Part shown: positions 48,059 through 56,891 of the stretch, in pieces
How positions within the stretch are numbered: position 1 is the stretch's first letter
Layout of the letters: every line of letters begins with the position of its first letter
Assembly: GCA_002794035.1 (NCBI GenBank)
Contig: PCXQ01000001.1
Location: 3,256 to 67,255, forward strand
DNA length: 64,000 nucleotides
Direction: 5' to 3'
DNA from: Candidatus Yanofskybacteria bacterium CG10_big_fil_rev_8_21_14_0_10_36_16
GTDB taxonomy: Bacteria; Patescibacteriota; Minisyncoccia; 2-02-FULL-40-12; IGHO2-01-FULL-4-A
Position numbers and translations under genes: made by a program
The notes under the pieces: model-generated
What the model was told of the DNA's origin: nothing
The model's input: only the letters and a program-made list of their open reading frames with translations
Database searches by the model: none

Positions 48059-49702
48059 ATGGAAAAAACAAAAAGATTAGCTGCTCTATATGGTAGAGTA
48101 AGCACATCAAACCAAGAGGACCAGAAAACAATTGAGAACCAAGTTGATGCTCTTAATGAGTTAGCGAACAAAAATGATTTTACCATTGTTCAAGAATATA
48201 AAGATGATGGTTGGTCCGGAGATATTTTAGCCAGACCGGCCCTTGATCAGCTAAGGCAAGATGCAAAAAGTAAAATATGGGATACTTTGTTAATTTACGA
48301 TCCGGATAGGTTGGCCCGAAGATACTCATACCAGGAGTTGATTATGGACGAGTTAAAAGAGGCCGGGGTTGAAGTGATATTTATTACTGTATCTGCACCA
48401 AAAAATCCTGAAGATAAGATTTTGCATGGAGTTCGGGGGTTATTTGCAGAATATGAGAGGGTACGGATTACAGAACGTTTTCGTTTAGGAAAGCTCCGCA
48501 AGGTAAAAAACGGCCATGTATTAACAACGGAAGCCCCTTATGGCTATAACTACATAAGAGGAGACAGAGAAAGGCAAATACACGGTTATTATAAAATTAA
48601 CCCCGAGGAAGCAGAGGTTGTAAAAAAGATTTTTCAGTGGATTGGGGATGAAAAACTAAATATCAGAGCTGTTGTAAGAAAATTAAAAGAAGTAGGAATT
48701 AAACCAAGAAAAGCCAAAAGAGGTGTTTGGGCTACGAGCACAATATCAACAATGCTAAAAAACGGGGCTTATATTGGAGAGGCACATTGGGGTAGTTCGT
48801 ATGCAGTAGTACCCGAAAATCCAATCAAAAAAGAGAAGTATAAAAAAATGAAAAAAAGTAGCCGGAGAATAAAACCGAAAGAAGATTGGATAGCATCTAA
48901 AATACCTGTACCTGCCATAATAACCAAGGAGCTGTTTGCAAAGGTACAAAAACAACTAAAAACAAATTCCTCTCTATGTCCAAGAAATAAAAAATATACA
49001 TATCTACTAGGCGGCAAAATACATTGTGTATGCGGTAAAACCAGAAGTGGAGTAGGCCCACAGCGCGGTAAGCATCTATACTATCGCTGTAATGACAGGA
49101 TTTATAGCTTTCCTATACCTCCTACCTGTAAAGAACAAGCCATCAATGCAAGGATAGCTGATGAATTAGTTTGGAATAAAATAGCAAATCTTATGAGTTC
49201 ACCGGAATTGTTAAAAAACCAAGCAGAAAAATGGTCTGATTCTCGCAAGGTGGGGGCAAGATCTCATATTGGCGATATAGAAACAACAGAAAAGGAAATA
49301 TTAAAGTTAAAAGCACAGGAGGATCGCTATAATAAAGCATATGGTGCCGGGGTGTTTGATATAAACCAATTAAAAGAGTATGTTGCTCCGGTAAGAGAAC
49401 GAATAGAATTGTTAAAATCCCAAATAGTCAAAATCAAACAGGAAGAAAACCAGTCGCAAGACAATGCCCTCCCCTCGCTAGATGAAATCCGGTCATTTAC
49501 GAAAGTAACAAGAAATGCTTTATTTAACTTGAATTTTGAAATGAAAAGAGCCACAATTTTAAATGTTATAGATAAAATTATCGGTACACAAAAACAATTG
49601 AAGGTGTATGGTCAAGTGCCGATAACACAAAATTATGTCACATACAAAACTAGCTATCGGTATAGTCGGGTTGCCCAATGTTGGAAAATCAACATTATTT
49701 AA
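48059..49702 (+). CDS. Large serine recombinase (integrase)
   Basis: LAALYGRVSTSNQ catalytic Ser, resolvase fold, recombinase domain, CxxC zinc ribbon (CVCGK...CNDR), coiled-coil. The 3' end overlaps ychF by 68 bp. Confidence 0.85.
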   Translation: MEKTKRLAALYGRVSTSNQEDQKTIENQVDALNELANKNDFTIVQEYKDDGWSGDILARPALDQLRQDAKSKIWDTLLIYDPDRLARRYSYQELIMDELKEAGVEVIFITVSAPKNPEDKILHGVRGLFAEYERVRITERFRLGKLRKVKNGHVLTTEAPYGYNYIRGDRERQIHGYYKINPEEAEVVKKIFQWIGDEKLNIRAVVRKLKEVGIKPRKAKRGVWATSTISTMLKNGAYIGEAHWGSSYAVVPENPIKKEKYKKMKKSSRRIKPKEDWIASKIPVPAIITKELFAKVQKQLKTNSSLCPRNKKYTYLLGGKIHCVCGKTRSGVGPQRGKHLYYRCNDRIYSFPIPPTCKEQAINARIADELVWNKIANLMSSPELLKNQAEKWSDSRKVGARSHIGDIETTEKEILKLKAQEDRYNKAYGAGVFDINQLKEYVAPVRERIELLKSQIVKIKQEENQSQDNALPSLDEIRSFTKVTRNALFNLNFEMKRATILNVIDKIIGTQKQLKVYGQVPITQNYVTYKTSYRYSRVAQCWKINII

Positions 49703-50783
49703 TGCCCTGACTAAAAAACAAGTAGATATTTCTAATTATGCTTTTACAACGATCGACCCAAATGTCGGGGTTGTTGGGGTACCTGATGAAAGATTAGATA
49801 AATTGGCCAAGATGTCTAATTCCGAGAAAATTACCCCTACGGCCATTGAATTTATTGATATCGCAGGTCTTATTAAGGGCGCAGCAGAAGGAGAAGGGTT
49901 GGGTAATAAGTTTTTAGCTAATATTCGTGAAGTAGATGCCATTGCTCACGTAGTAAGGGTTTTTCCCGCCGGAGGCGGGTCCGCTCATGGCGGAGAAATA
50001 CAGCATGTGCACAAAAATATTGATCCGGTAAATGATATTGAAATAATCAATCTGGAATTAATAATGGCTGATTTGCAGACTATTGAAAGAAGATTAAGGG
50101 AGACAAAAGGCAATGACCCTGCCAAGACTTTTGAAAAAGAGGTGTTAAACAAACTTAAAGAAAATTTAGAAAAAGAAATTCTTGCAATAAACATTTTATT
50201 TACTGAAAAAGAACAAGAAATTGTTCGTGGGTTACATCTTTTAACCAACAAAAAAGTTATATATGCCTTTAATGTGGCAGAACAACAGTTGAAAGACAAT
50301 TGGCAGCCTAACAAAGAATTGCTTGATGTTATAAAAAACAATGAATTTGTTGTTGTCTCAAATACGTTTGAACAATTGCTATCTGAATCAGACCCTGAAG
50401 AAAAAAAGGTTTATCTTGAAGAACTAGGTTTAAAATATAGCGGTTTAGATCAGCTTATAAAAAAAGGATACAAGGCTCTTGGTTTAATTACATTTTTGAC
50501 AACTGGTCCTAAAGAAACACGTGCTTGGACAGCTCATGAGGGTGATTCTATCCCCCGTGCGTCATCTGCTATCCATACTGATTTTGAAGAAAAATTTATT
50601 AAAGCCGATGTGATAAATTGGCAAACACTTTTAGATGTAGCGGTCCATTCGGCGGATTCGGGTTCCTCATCACAAGCAGGCTCAGGCCAAGCTTGGTCTA
50701 AAGCAAAAGAGCTTGGCAAGATGAGAACAGTTGGTAAAGATTACATAATTCAAGAAGGTGATGTAGTCGAGATTAAAATTTGA
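49635..50783 (+). CDS. ychF: Ribosome-binding ATPase YchF
   Basis: GIVGLPNVGKSTLFNALT G1 motif; TGS-like C-terminus with a short insertion. Confidence 0.85.
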   Translation: MSHTKLAIGIVGLPNVGKSTLFNALTKKQVDISNYAFTTIDPNVGVVGVPDERLDKLAKMSNSEKITPTAIEFIDIAGLIKGAAEGEGLGNKFLANIREVDAIAHVVRVFPAGGGSAHGGEIQHVHKNIDPVNDIEIINLELIMADLQTIERRLRETKGNDPAKTFEKEVLNKLKENLEKEILAINILFTEKEQEIVRGLHLLTNKKVIYAFNVAEQQLKDNWQPNKELLDVIKNNEFVVVSNTFEQLLSESDPEEKKVYLEELGLKYSGLDQLIKKGYKALGLITFLTTGPKETRAWTAHEGDSIPRASSAIHTDFEEKFIKADVINWQTLLDVAVHSADSGSSSQAGSGQAWSKAKELGKMRTVGKDYIIQEGDVVEIKI

Positions 50784-50914
50784 TCTTGACTACATCACTG
50801 TAAGAAGGCCGAACATTTTCTTGGTTTTTTGTAGAAAATGTGAAGGTGTCGAAATAATTCAATTATTTCGACAGATGTTGTTGAAATTAAAATATAGAAT
50901 AAACAGTAGTTTTT

Positions 50915-50945
50915 AAAAACCCCGCCAAGGCGGGGTTTTTGATTT
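50915..50945. terminator. Bidirectional intrinsic terminator
   Basis: AAAAACCCCGCC-aa-GGCGGGGTTTTT. Confidence 0.75.
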
Positions 50946-50970
50946 TATTTAAGATTTGAACTCTTTATAA

Positions 50971-51513
50971 TTATAATTCATTACAGTAATTTTTTGTATT
51001 GCAGGAACCGGTTAAGTCCTGGAATTGCTTACATTTATCACCGTCTTTAGAAAACAGTTGGCAAAAACCTAAATAGTTTCCTTGATTATCAAAATGATAT
51101 ACTCCACCTTCAGATATGGGGCTTTCTACAACTTTCCAAATTGGGCTGCCATCTACTTCAACACAAAAAAATGCACTTTGCGATCCTCCTTGAAACAAAT
51201 GTGTTATGTTGTTTTGGTCCTTGAATTCATGTTCTCCCGATCGAGTGCACAATGTTTTAACAATTAAAGGCATTTTGTCGCCGACAATTTGTTGGCTGGT
51301 GCTTGCAGAAGTTTTATCTAGATGCCATCCAAAAGGTGTGTTTAGTGGCCAGATATTTTCGAGAAAAGCAAAAGCAAGCCAAGCAATAACAAAACCAGAA
51401 AGCAACAATAAAAATGATTCTAGTTTTGCACGTTGAACCTGCTCAAAACTATATCCGTCTTGAGGGAGGTTAGCAGAGGAAGAGCTTTCTTTTTGAGGAT
51501 TTTGATTATCCAC
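50971..51513 (-). CDS. Hypothetical membrane-anchored Cys-containing protein
   Basis: 180 aa, one TM helix, 6 Cys in the extracytoplasmic part. Confidence 0.35.
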   Translation of the reverse strand: MDNQNPQKESSSSANLPQDGYSFEQVQRAKLESFLLLLSGFVIAWLAFAFLENIWPLNTPFGWHLDKTSASTSQQIVGDKMPLIVKTLCTRSGEHEFKDQNNITHLFQGGSQSAFFCVEVDGSPIWKVVESPISEGGVYHFDNQGNYLGFCQLFSKDGDKCKQFQDLTGSCNTKNYCNEL

Positions 51514-51864
51514 TTTATAAATGGCTAAAACACTTTAACAAAAGTGTGCATTAAATTAAAATAACCACTTGTGTTAAAGCGTTAGATTACTAATTAAAGT
51601 GTCAAAGTATCTTTTATACGAAAGGTGAGGCAAATGGCCACAGGTTGTTTATGTATGCGAATGCTACGTATGCGATCGCAAAACTGGTCAACATGAGCAT
51701 AAAAAACTCTGTTTTTATTCTCTTCGTGTTGTTTTGGGATTGGACCATGTAATTATTACTCAATATATTTGCATGATGCAAAATAAATAAAGAGCAGATT
51801 AGGAACTTTTTATTACTACTAATATTATATCACTAATATTTCAAAATATTATAAACAGTTATTA

Positions 51865-51896
51865 AAAAACCCGCTAAGGCGGGGTTTTTAATTTTA
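51865..51896. terminator. Intrinsic terminator (same family)
   Basis: AAAAAACCCGCT-aa-GGCGGGGTTTTTAATTTT. Confidence 0.7.
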
Positions 51897-52496
51897 TATT
51901 TTTAATTCTTGTGCTTTCCTAAATAATTCATTTGCTGCTTCCCAATTTAAATTCTTAAAGAAGTTGTCTATATAAGTTTTTCTATCAGAACCAGTATCCA
52001 TGAAGTATGAGTGTTCGTATACATCGCAGGTTATTATTGGTATTGCCCCCCATATTCCCCCATGGTTGTGGGCGTCACAGTTGAATACTCTAAGCTCGCC
52101 AACATTAGCGTCCCAAGCAAGAATTGTCCAACCTCGGGCTGCCATAGCACAGGCAGTAAAGTACTTTTGAAACTGTTCAACTGACCCATATTTAGCAGAA
52201 ATTGCTTCAGCTAGCTCCCCCGTTGACTTGCCATCGCCTCCCAAAATATCAAAATATTTTTCATGAAGGTAAACTCCGTTATTTGCAAAACTCTCGCCAT
52301 TTTTTAGAGAGCGCAGTTCGCTATAAGTTTGATTTCCTTCAGGGTTATCACTTTTGGCAATATCTGTCAGACGTTCTTTTATAGAATTGCTTTTATCAAC
52401 ATAGCCTTTGTATAGTTTGCCGTGGTGAGTTTCTATTGTTTTTGAGGAGATACCTTCTAGCTCTTTATCAAAAGGCAGTGGTTTGTGATTGTACAT
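51894..52496 (-). CDS. Fe/Mn superoxide dismutase
   Basis: HHGKLYKGY, DVYEHSYF (DVWEHAYY motif). Confidence 0.85.
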   Translation of the reverse strand: MYNHKPLPFDKELEGISSKTIETHHGKLYKGYVDKSNSIKERLTDIAKSDNPEGNQTYSELRSLKNGESFANNGVYLHEKYFDILGGDGKSTGELAEAISAKYGSVEQFQKYFTACAMAARGWTILAWDANVGELRVFNCDAHNHGGIWGAIPIITCDVYEHSYFMDTGSDRKTYIDNFFKNLNWEAANELFRKAQELKI

Positions 52497-52565
52497 GCTA
52501 ATTTGTCCAAGGGTATATCGATTGGGTAACTGTCTGTTCCCGTTCGTTTTATTGCGCTCGGACAG

Positions 52566-52805
52566 TTAGTTGGTTATGCCGAGGGCTTTATTTACTCTTT
52601 CTTTATCAAATCCTACTATAACTTTGTCATCTATAACTATTACGGGTACGGCCATTGAACCGCTTTTTTCTACCATTTCTTGCCTTTTTTGTGCATCTGA
52701 AACAACATCATATGCTTCATATGCAATATTTTTTTCATTGAAATATTCTTTTGCCATTTTGCAAAAATGACATGTAGGGGTGGTGTAAATTTGAACCTTA
52801 GCCAT
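52566..52805 (-). CDS. Glutaredoxin / NrdH-like redoxin
   Basis: 79 aa, CHFC active site (TTPTCHFCK). Confidence 0.75.
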   Translation of the reverse strand: MAKVQIYTTPTCHFCKMAKEYFNEKNIAYEAYDVVSDAQKRQEMVEKSGSMAVPVIVIDDKVIVGFDKERVNKALGITN

Positions 52806-52979
52806 AATAAAATATTAGCCAACGAATTTTGTGTATATACTACAAGCTTAGTATAAACTTGCAATTCGTGGACATTAATTAAGTTTATTAATTATATCAC
52901 AGCTATCCTATTGTTGCCAAAAAGCAGTAAATGGGCAATAATACATCAATGTTCCTTAACACATATAGGTGGTATACAA

Positions 52980-53891
52980 ATGAAGACAAAGCTTGGTTTA
53001 TTGATTATATTAATTTGTTTTTTTAAAAATACTGTTTGGGCTATGACTGAAAGCGAAAGAGATAATAAAATAGATGAATTTGTGGTTCATTTTGGTAACA
53101 GTGAAGCTGAACTTGCCCTTGAGATAGCTGAAGATCTTTCCGCATCTTTTCCTGAAGATCCTTATTTTAATATTTTAAAATCAAGGGCTATAGGCCAACT
53201 GATTAAAAATAAGATTTTAGAGGGATACAAACTTAAGAACATAAGAAATGGTCCATATTTCCAAGAATTAAGTACAAGATTTTATGCGGAAATAGATAGT
53301 GGATTAAAAAAGTTAGAAGGAGACAATAGCGTAAAAGGCAAATATCTGAGAGGGGTTTTGTTGGGATCCAAAGGAACTTTTGTTCAAATATTTATTGCTG
53401 AATTTAATATATTATCTCCTATTAAATCGCGTAATAATTATCAGGCAGCAGATAAGCTTGGCGCTAATGGCTTGGAGTTAATAATGGAAGCCCTTGAGGA
53501 AGATCCTTCGCTTTGTCCTGCTAAGTTTGTGATAGCAAAGACAAAATATGAGATGTCCAAACTAGGTTTTGTTGAGAGAACAATAATAAGCAATTCTAAC
53601 TCCTTGACCTTTAAACTTCTAGGAAGAAATTTTGATGTAGGAGAGGCTTGGGATTGGATAAACCAAACTTATTGGTGTGCCTCCCCGTATTATTACCAGA
53701 AAGAAATTAATTGGGATAAAATATTTGTTTATAAAGAAATGACGATGGATTACTGTATTAATGGCAATTTAGACAAAGATGGCCATAAAAGGCTGTTAGA
53801 GATACTAGATGTGCTTTGCAATAAGTTTCCCAAGAATAACCAAATAAGGAAAGAGAAAAATATTGTTGAATTTCATCTTGATAGATTTTAA
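52980..53891 (+). CDS. Hypothetical secreted protein
   Basis: RBS AGGTGG then ATG at 52980; signal peptide MKTKLGLLIILICFF. Confidence 0.4.
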   Translation: MKTKLGLLIILICFFKNTVWAMTESERDNKIDEFVVHFGNSEAELALEIAEDLSASFPEDPYFNILKSRAIGQLIKNKILEGYKLKNIRNGPYFQELSTRFYAEIDSGLKKLEGDNSVKGKYLRGVLLGSKGTFVQIFIAEFNILSPIKSRNNYQAADKLGANGLELIMEALEEDPSLCPAKFVIAKTKYEMSKLGFVERTIISNSNSLTFKLLGRNFDVGEAWDWINQTYWCASPYYYQKEINWDKIFVYKEMTMDYCINGNLDKDGHKRLLEILDVLCNKFPKNNQIRKEKNIVEFHLDRF

Positions 53892-53974
53892 AATGTTAAA
53901 CCCGTCAAGGACACATTGGCGGGTTTTTGTTATAATTATATTTATTTTAGTGGTTTTTTATTAATGTAAAAATT

Positions 53975-54382
53975 ATGGGTTGGATAATTAAAATCGTTGC
54001 TTTTGTTGCCGTGGTTTCTTTAACTAGTGGTTTTGTTATAACTAAAGTTCCTGATCTAAAGCAAAAAGTGGTTGAATATATAAACCCAGCAGAAAAAGAA
54101 AGACGTATATTGGGAGAACTGGACCAGGTGCTTGAAGATTTGGAAGATACAGCAATGCAAGTAAGCGATTTTGACAGCCCTGAAGAGGTTCGGGAAAAAA
54201 TTTCTAAGGCGGCAGAACTTATAAACAAGGCTCAAGATTTAAGATTGCAGGCTCAGGAAGCAAATGATAAGGATCAAGGTCTTGTAAGATCCGGAATGAC
54301 TCGAATTATTGATTCCTTTACTAGCAAGACAATTCCTGAAATTACAGATGAGTTGAAAGCCGAGATATGCAAAGAGCAGTAG
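53975..54382 (+). CDS. Hypothetical membrane-anchored coiled-coil protein
   Basis: N-terminal TM helix, acidic helical remainder. Confidence 0.35.
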   Translation: MGWIIKIVAFVAVVSLTSGFVITKVPDLKQKVVEYINPAEKERRILGELDQVLEDLEDTAMQVSDFDSPEEVREKISKAAELINKAQDLRLQAQEANDKDQGLVRSGMTRIIDSFTSKTIPEITDELKAEICKEQ

Positions 54383-54464
54383 TAAGTAGCATGTAGCAAG
54401 TATTATGCAAAAAAATCTAGATTTTAATCTAGATTTTTTATTCTTGCTACTGACTACTGGCTAC

Positions 54465-54540
54465 TAAAACAATAGTGGTGGGATTTTTGAGTCTACTAAA
54501 AATATTATAAGTCCGATTATCGCGCCAACGGCCGATATCA
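54465..54540. repeat. Direct repeat copy 1 (76 bp, duplicate of the mraY 3' end)
   Basis: Identical in sequence to 54688-54763. Confidence 0.9.
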
Positions 54541-54687
54541 ACACAAAAGTCGCGGGCCCCTCCCTCGCTGGCTAGGGATCCACTCCCGCTCCTTGAAACC
54601 TTGCGGTTTCAATACTTCCACTATGGGGAAACACCCAGTTTCCCCAGCCCCCCTTCTGATTTCGGATGATATCAGTTTTTTGTTGAT
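54541..54687. other. 147-bp GC-rich structured insert between the repeat copies
   Basis: Minus-strand reading contains GGGGAAAC-UGGGU-GUUUCCCC and UUGAAACC-GCAA-GGUUUCAA (GNRA loop) hairpins closed by GGCUGG / CCAGC. Confidence 0.5.
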
Positions 54688-55760
54688 TAAAACAATAGTG
54701 GTGGGATTTTTGAGTCTACTAAAAATATTATAAGTCCGATTATCGCGCCAACGGCCGATATCATCCAAAATCTCATGGTGATTTGGGTTTCATGCCAGCC
54801 CTTGGCCTCGAAATGGTGGTGTATGGGAGTAGATAGGAAAATCTTTTTGCCTCGTAATTTTTTTGAGGTTATTTGAACTATCACAGATAAAGATTCACCA
54901 ACAAACACTAGGGCTATAATTGGTAAAAGCAAAGCGGTATTGGTTAGCATGGCAATAATACCCAGAACAACCCCCAAAGACATTGACCCCGTGTCGCCCA
55001 TAAAAAATTTGGCAGGATAAATATTGAACCACAAAAATGCTACAAGAGCTCCCATGATGGATGCTATAAACACAACGAGATCCATCCTTTCTTGAACAAA
55101 AGCTATTGCGCCATAAGCGGCAAACATGGTTAAGAAGGTTCCACCAGCAAGTCCATCAAGGCCATCAGTTTCATTTGCTGAAAATGCAGTCGCTACGATA
55201 ATAAATATAAAGAATGGAATGTACCACCACCCTATTGCCATGTCTCCTGCAAAAGGTATGTTTATTGAATTAAAGTCCAATTTAAAGAAGAACCACCATG
55301 CACCTCCTGTAGCAACAAGGAGGTAAAGACCTATTCTGTGGCGCATTTTAAGGCCTCCTCCGTTAGGTCCTATTCGAAATACTCCAAAAAGATCATCTGC
55401 CAACCCAAACATTGCAGCAACAAAAAGAGCGCCTAATGGCAACAGTGTCTGTGCACGAGATAGAAAATTCCAATCAGACCAAGTTCCGTTGTAAAGGCTG
55501 GCAAAAAAAGAAAAACCAAGAGTTACGATTATTACAGTTGCCCAAACTACTACCCCGCCCATAGTGGGTGTTCCTTCTTTTTTTTTGTGCAGTTTATTAA
55601 AAATGGGTGCCGAATCGCTTCCTTTTAATTGCTTGCCAAGATTGTTTTTTTGGATAACTTTATTCCATGCGGGTGTTAATATTATTGCAATAAAAAAAGA
55701 TAGTGTCGCCACCACGAAAACTCTGACAACGTTAAAAACAGTAAATGTTTCGCCTATCAA
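54687..55760 (-). CDS. mraY: Phospho-N-acetylmuramoyl-pentapeptide transferase
   Basis: GTPTMGG motif, 10-TM architecture, conserved Asp-rich loops. Confidence 0.85.
   Translation of the reverse strand: MIGETFTVFNVVRVFVVATLSFFIAIILTPAWNKVIQKNNLGKQLKGSDSAPIFNKLHKKKEGTPTMGGVVVWATVIIVTLGFSFFASLYNGTWSDWNFLSRAQTLLPLGALFVAAMFGLADDLFGVFRIGPNGGGLKMRHRIGLYLLVATGGAWWFFFKLDFNSINIPFAGDMAIGWWYIPFFIFIIVATAFSANETDGLDGLAGGTFLTMFAAYGAIAFVQERMDLVVFIASIMGALVAFLWFNIYPAKFFMGDTGSMSLGVVLGIIAMLTNTALLLPIIALVFVGESLSVIVQITSKKLRGKKIFLSTPIHHHFEAKGWHETQITMRFWMISAVGAIIGLIIFLVDSKIPPLLF
54688..54763. repeat. Direct repeat copy 2 (last 25 codons of mraY)
   Basis: Begins immediately after the mraY stop triplet at 54687-54689. 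Confidence 0.9.
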
Positions 55761-55847
55761 TTAAGAAATATCTATACAAAAATAAAAATTTATACAAATA
55801 TACCGGTTTCAGTCTATATATTTGTAACAGATTTGTAATTTCGTAGA

Positions 55848-56831
55848 TTAATTATCCCACTTGTGAGCTGCTTTGCCCCATTCAATTAACTTCTCTGTTT
55901 CTCCGAATCTGTCATTGCTTCCAAGAACTATACTTAATAAAGTGTTTCCAGAGTGCCTTACCAACAAAAGCATTGATTCCCCCGCTCCATCAGTAAACCC
56001 AGTTTTGCCTCCGATTATGTTTTCTATTTTGGCAAGCAATTTATTCGTGTTGGTTAAGGGATGAATTATCAAACCATCAGTTGATTTAACTTCTGCAGAC
56101 TCAGTAAGTGTTGTTTTCCATATAGTATCATACCTTTCTGAATATTTCACTAGTTTTATTAGATCTGAAACCGTTGAGAACCCTTCGTCGTTTAAACCTG
56201 CTGGGTCTAAAAATCGAGTATCTATCATTCCAAGATCAAGGGCTTTCTTGTTCATTTCTAGCACAAAATCAATACTTTTTTTGTTAAGCATATCAGCAAG
56301 CGCCAGAGCCGAGTCATTTGAAGATTTAATCAATAACATTTTGAATAAATTTTCGGCACTTATTTCCTCGCCTTTATAAAGGTCAGCACCATTACCATCA
56401 ACATTTGTGTCTTCTGCTTTTATGGTTGTTGTTTCATCCAAGTTTAGGTGTTCCAACACTATAATCGCAGTCATTATTTTTGTTATGGAGGCTATCGGTA
56501 AGTGTTGTCCGATGTTTTTTTGAAATAAAAATTTGCCTGTATTAATATCATAAAGAGCTGCTGCTTTGGCGTTAATTTCGGGCAAAGGTATGTTAAAATC
56601 TCTTATTGGATAATAATTGGGTTCAGATGATGAAGTCAAATAAGTCGATGTTTCAGAAGGTGTGTTAGGGGCTATGCTTGTTTTGTTAGTATCTGCCGTT
56701 GTGTCAATTTCTTCTGCTATCGATGCTTTTAATCCTGTTTCCAATTGACTATTGTCATCCCAAATTAAAAAAACGGCCAGTCCCGTTAGTAATACCACAA
56801 GAGTTGTAAGAAATATTATGCGTTCAGGCAT
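55848..56831 (-). CDS. D-alanyl-D-alanine carboxypeptidase (S11, PBP5-like)
   Basis: Signal anchor; SITK (SxxK), SSND (SxN), KTG. Confidence 0.75.
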   Translation of the reverse strand: MPERIIFLTTLVVLLTGLAVFLIWDDNSQLETGLKASIAEEIDTTADTNKTSIAPNTPSETSTYLTSSSEPNYYPIRDFNIPLPEINAKAAALYDINTGKFLFQKNIGQHLPIASITKIMTAIIVLEHLNLDETTTIKAEDTNVDGNGADLYKGEEISAENLFKMLLIKSSNDSALALADMLNKKSIDFVLEMNKKALDLGMIDTRFLDPAGLNDEGFSTVSDLIKLVKYSERYDTIWKTTLTESAEVKSTDGLIIHPLTNTNKLLAKIENIIGGKTGFTDGAGESMLLLVRHSGNTLLSIVLGSNDRFGETEKLIEWGKAAHKWDN

Positions 56832-56891
56832 TAATAAAATATCAAAATTTTAGATTTGTTGAGATTCTTATAAACAATTATTGTTTTATGT

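Larger units (their letters stand above)
44013..49702 (+). mobile_element. Integrative element module (hypothetical gene, primase Zn-finger, replication NTPase, small genes, serine integrase)
   Basis: Co-directional replication and integration gene set ending at the integrase that abuts and overlaps ychF. The left boundary is uncertain and may extend to about 31.3 kb, which would include the defense island. Confidence 0.5.

Noticed and set aside
47856-48080. 74-aa plus-strand ORF upstream of the integrase
   Set aside because: Its sequence is entirely the two perfect inverted repeats; it is treated as a regulatory hairpin region, not a gene.
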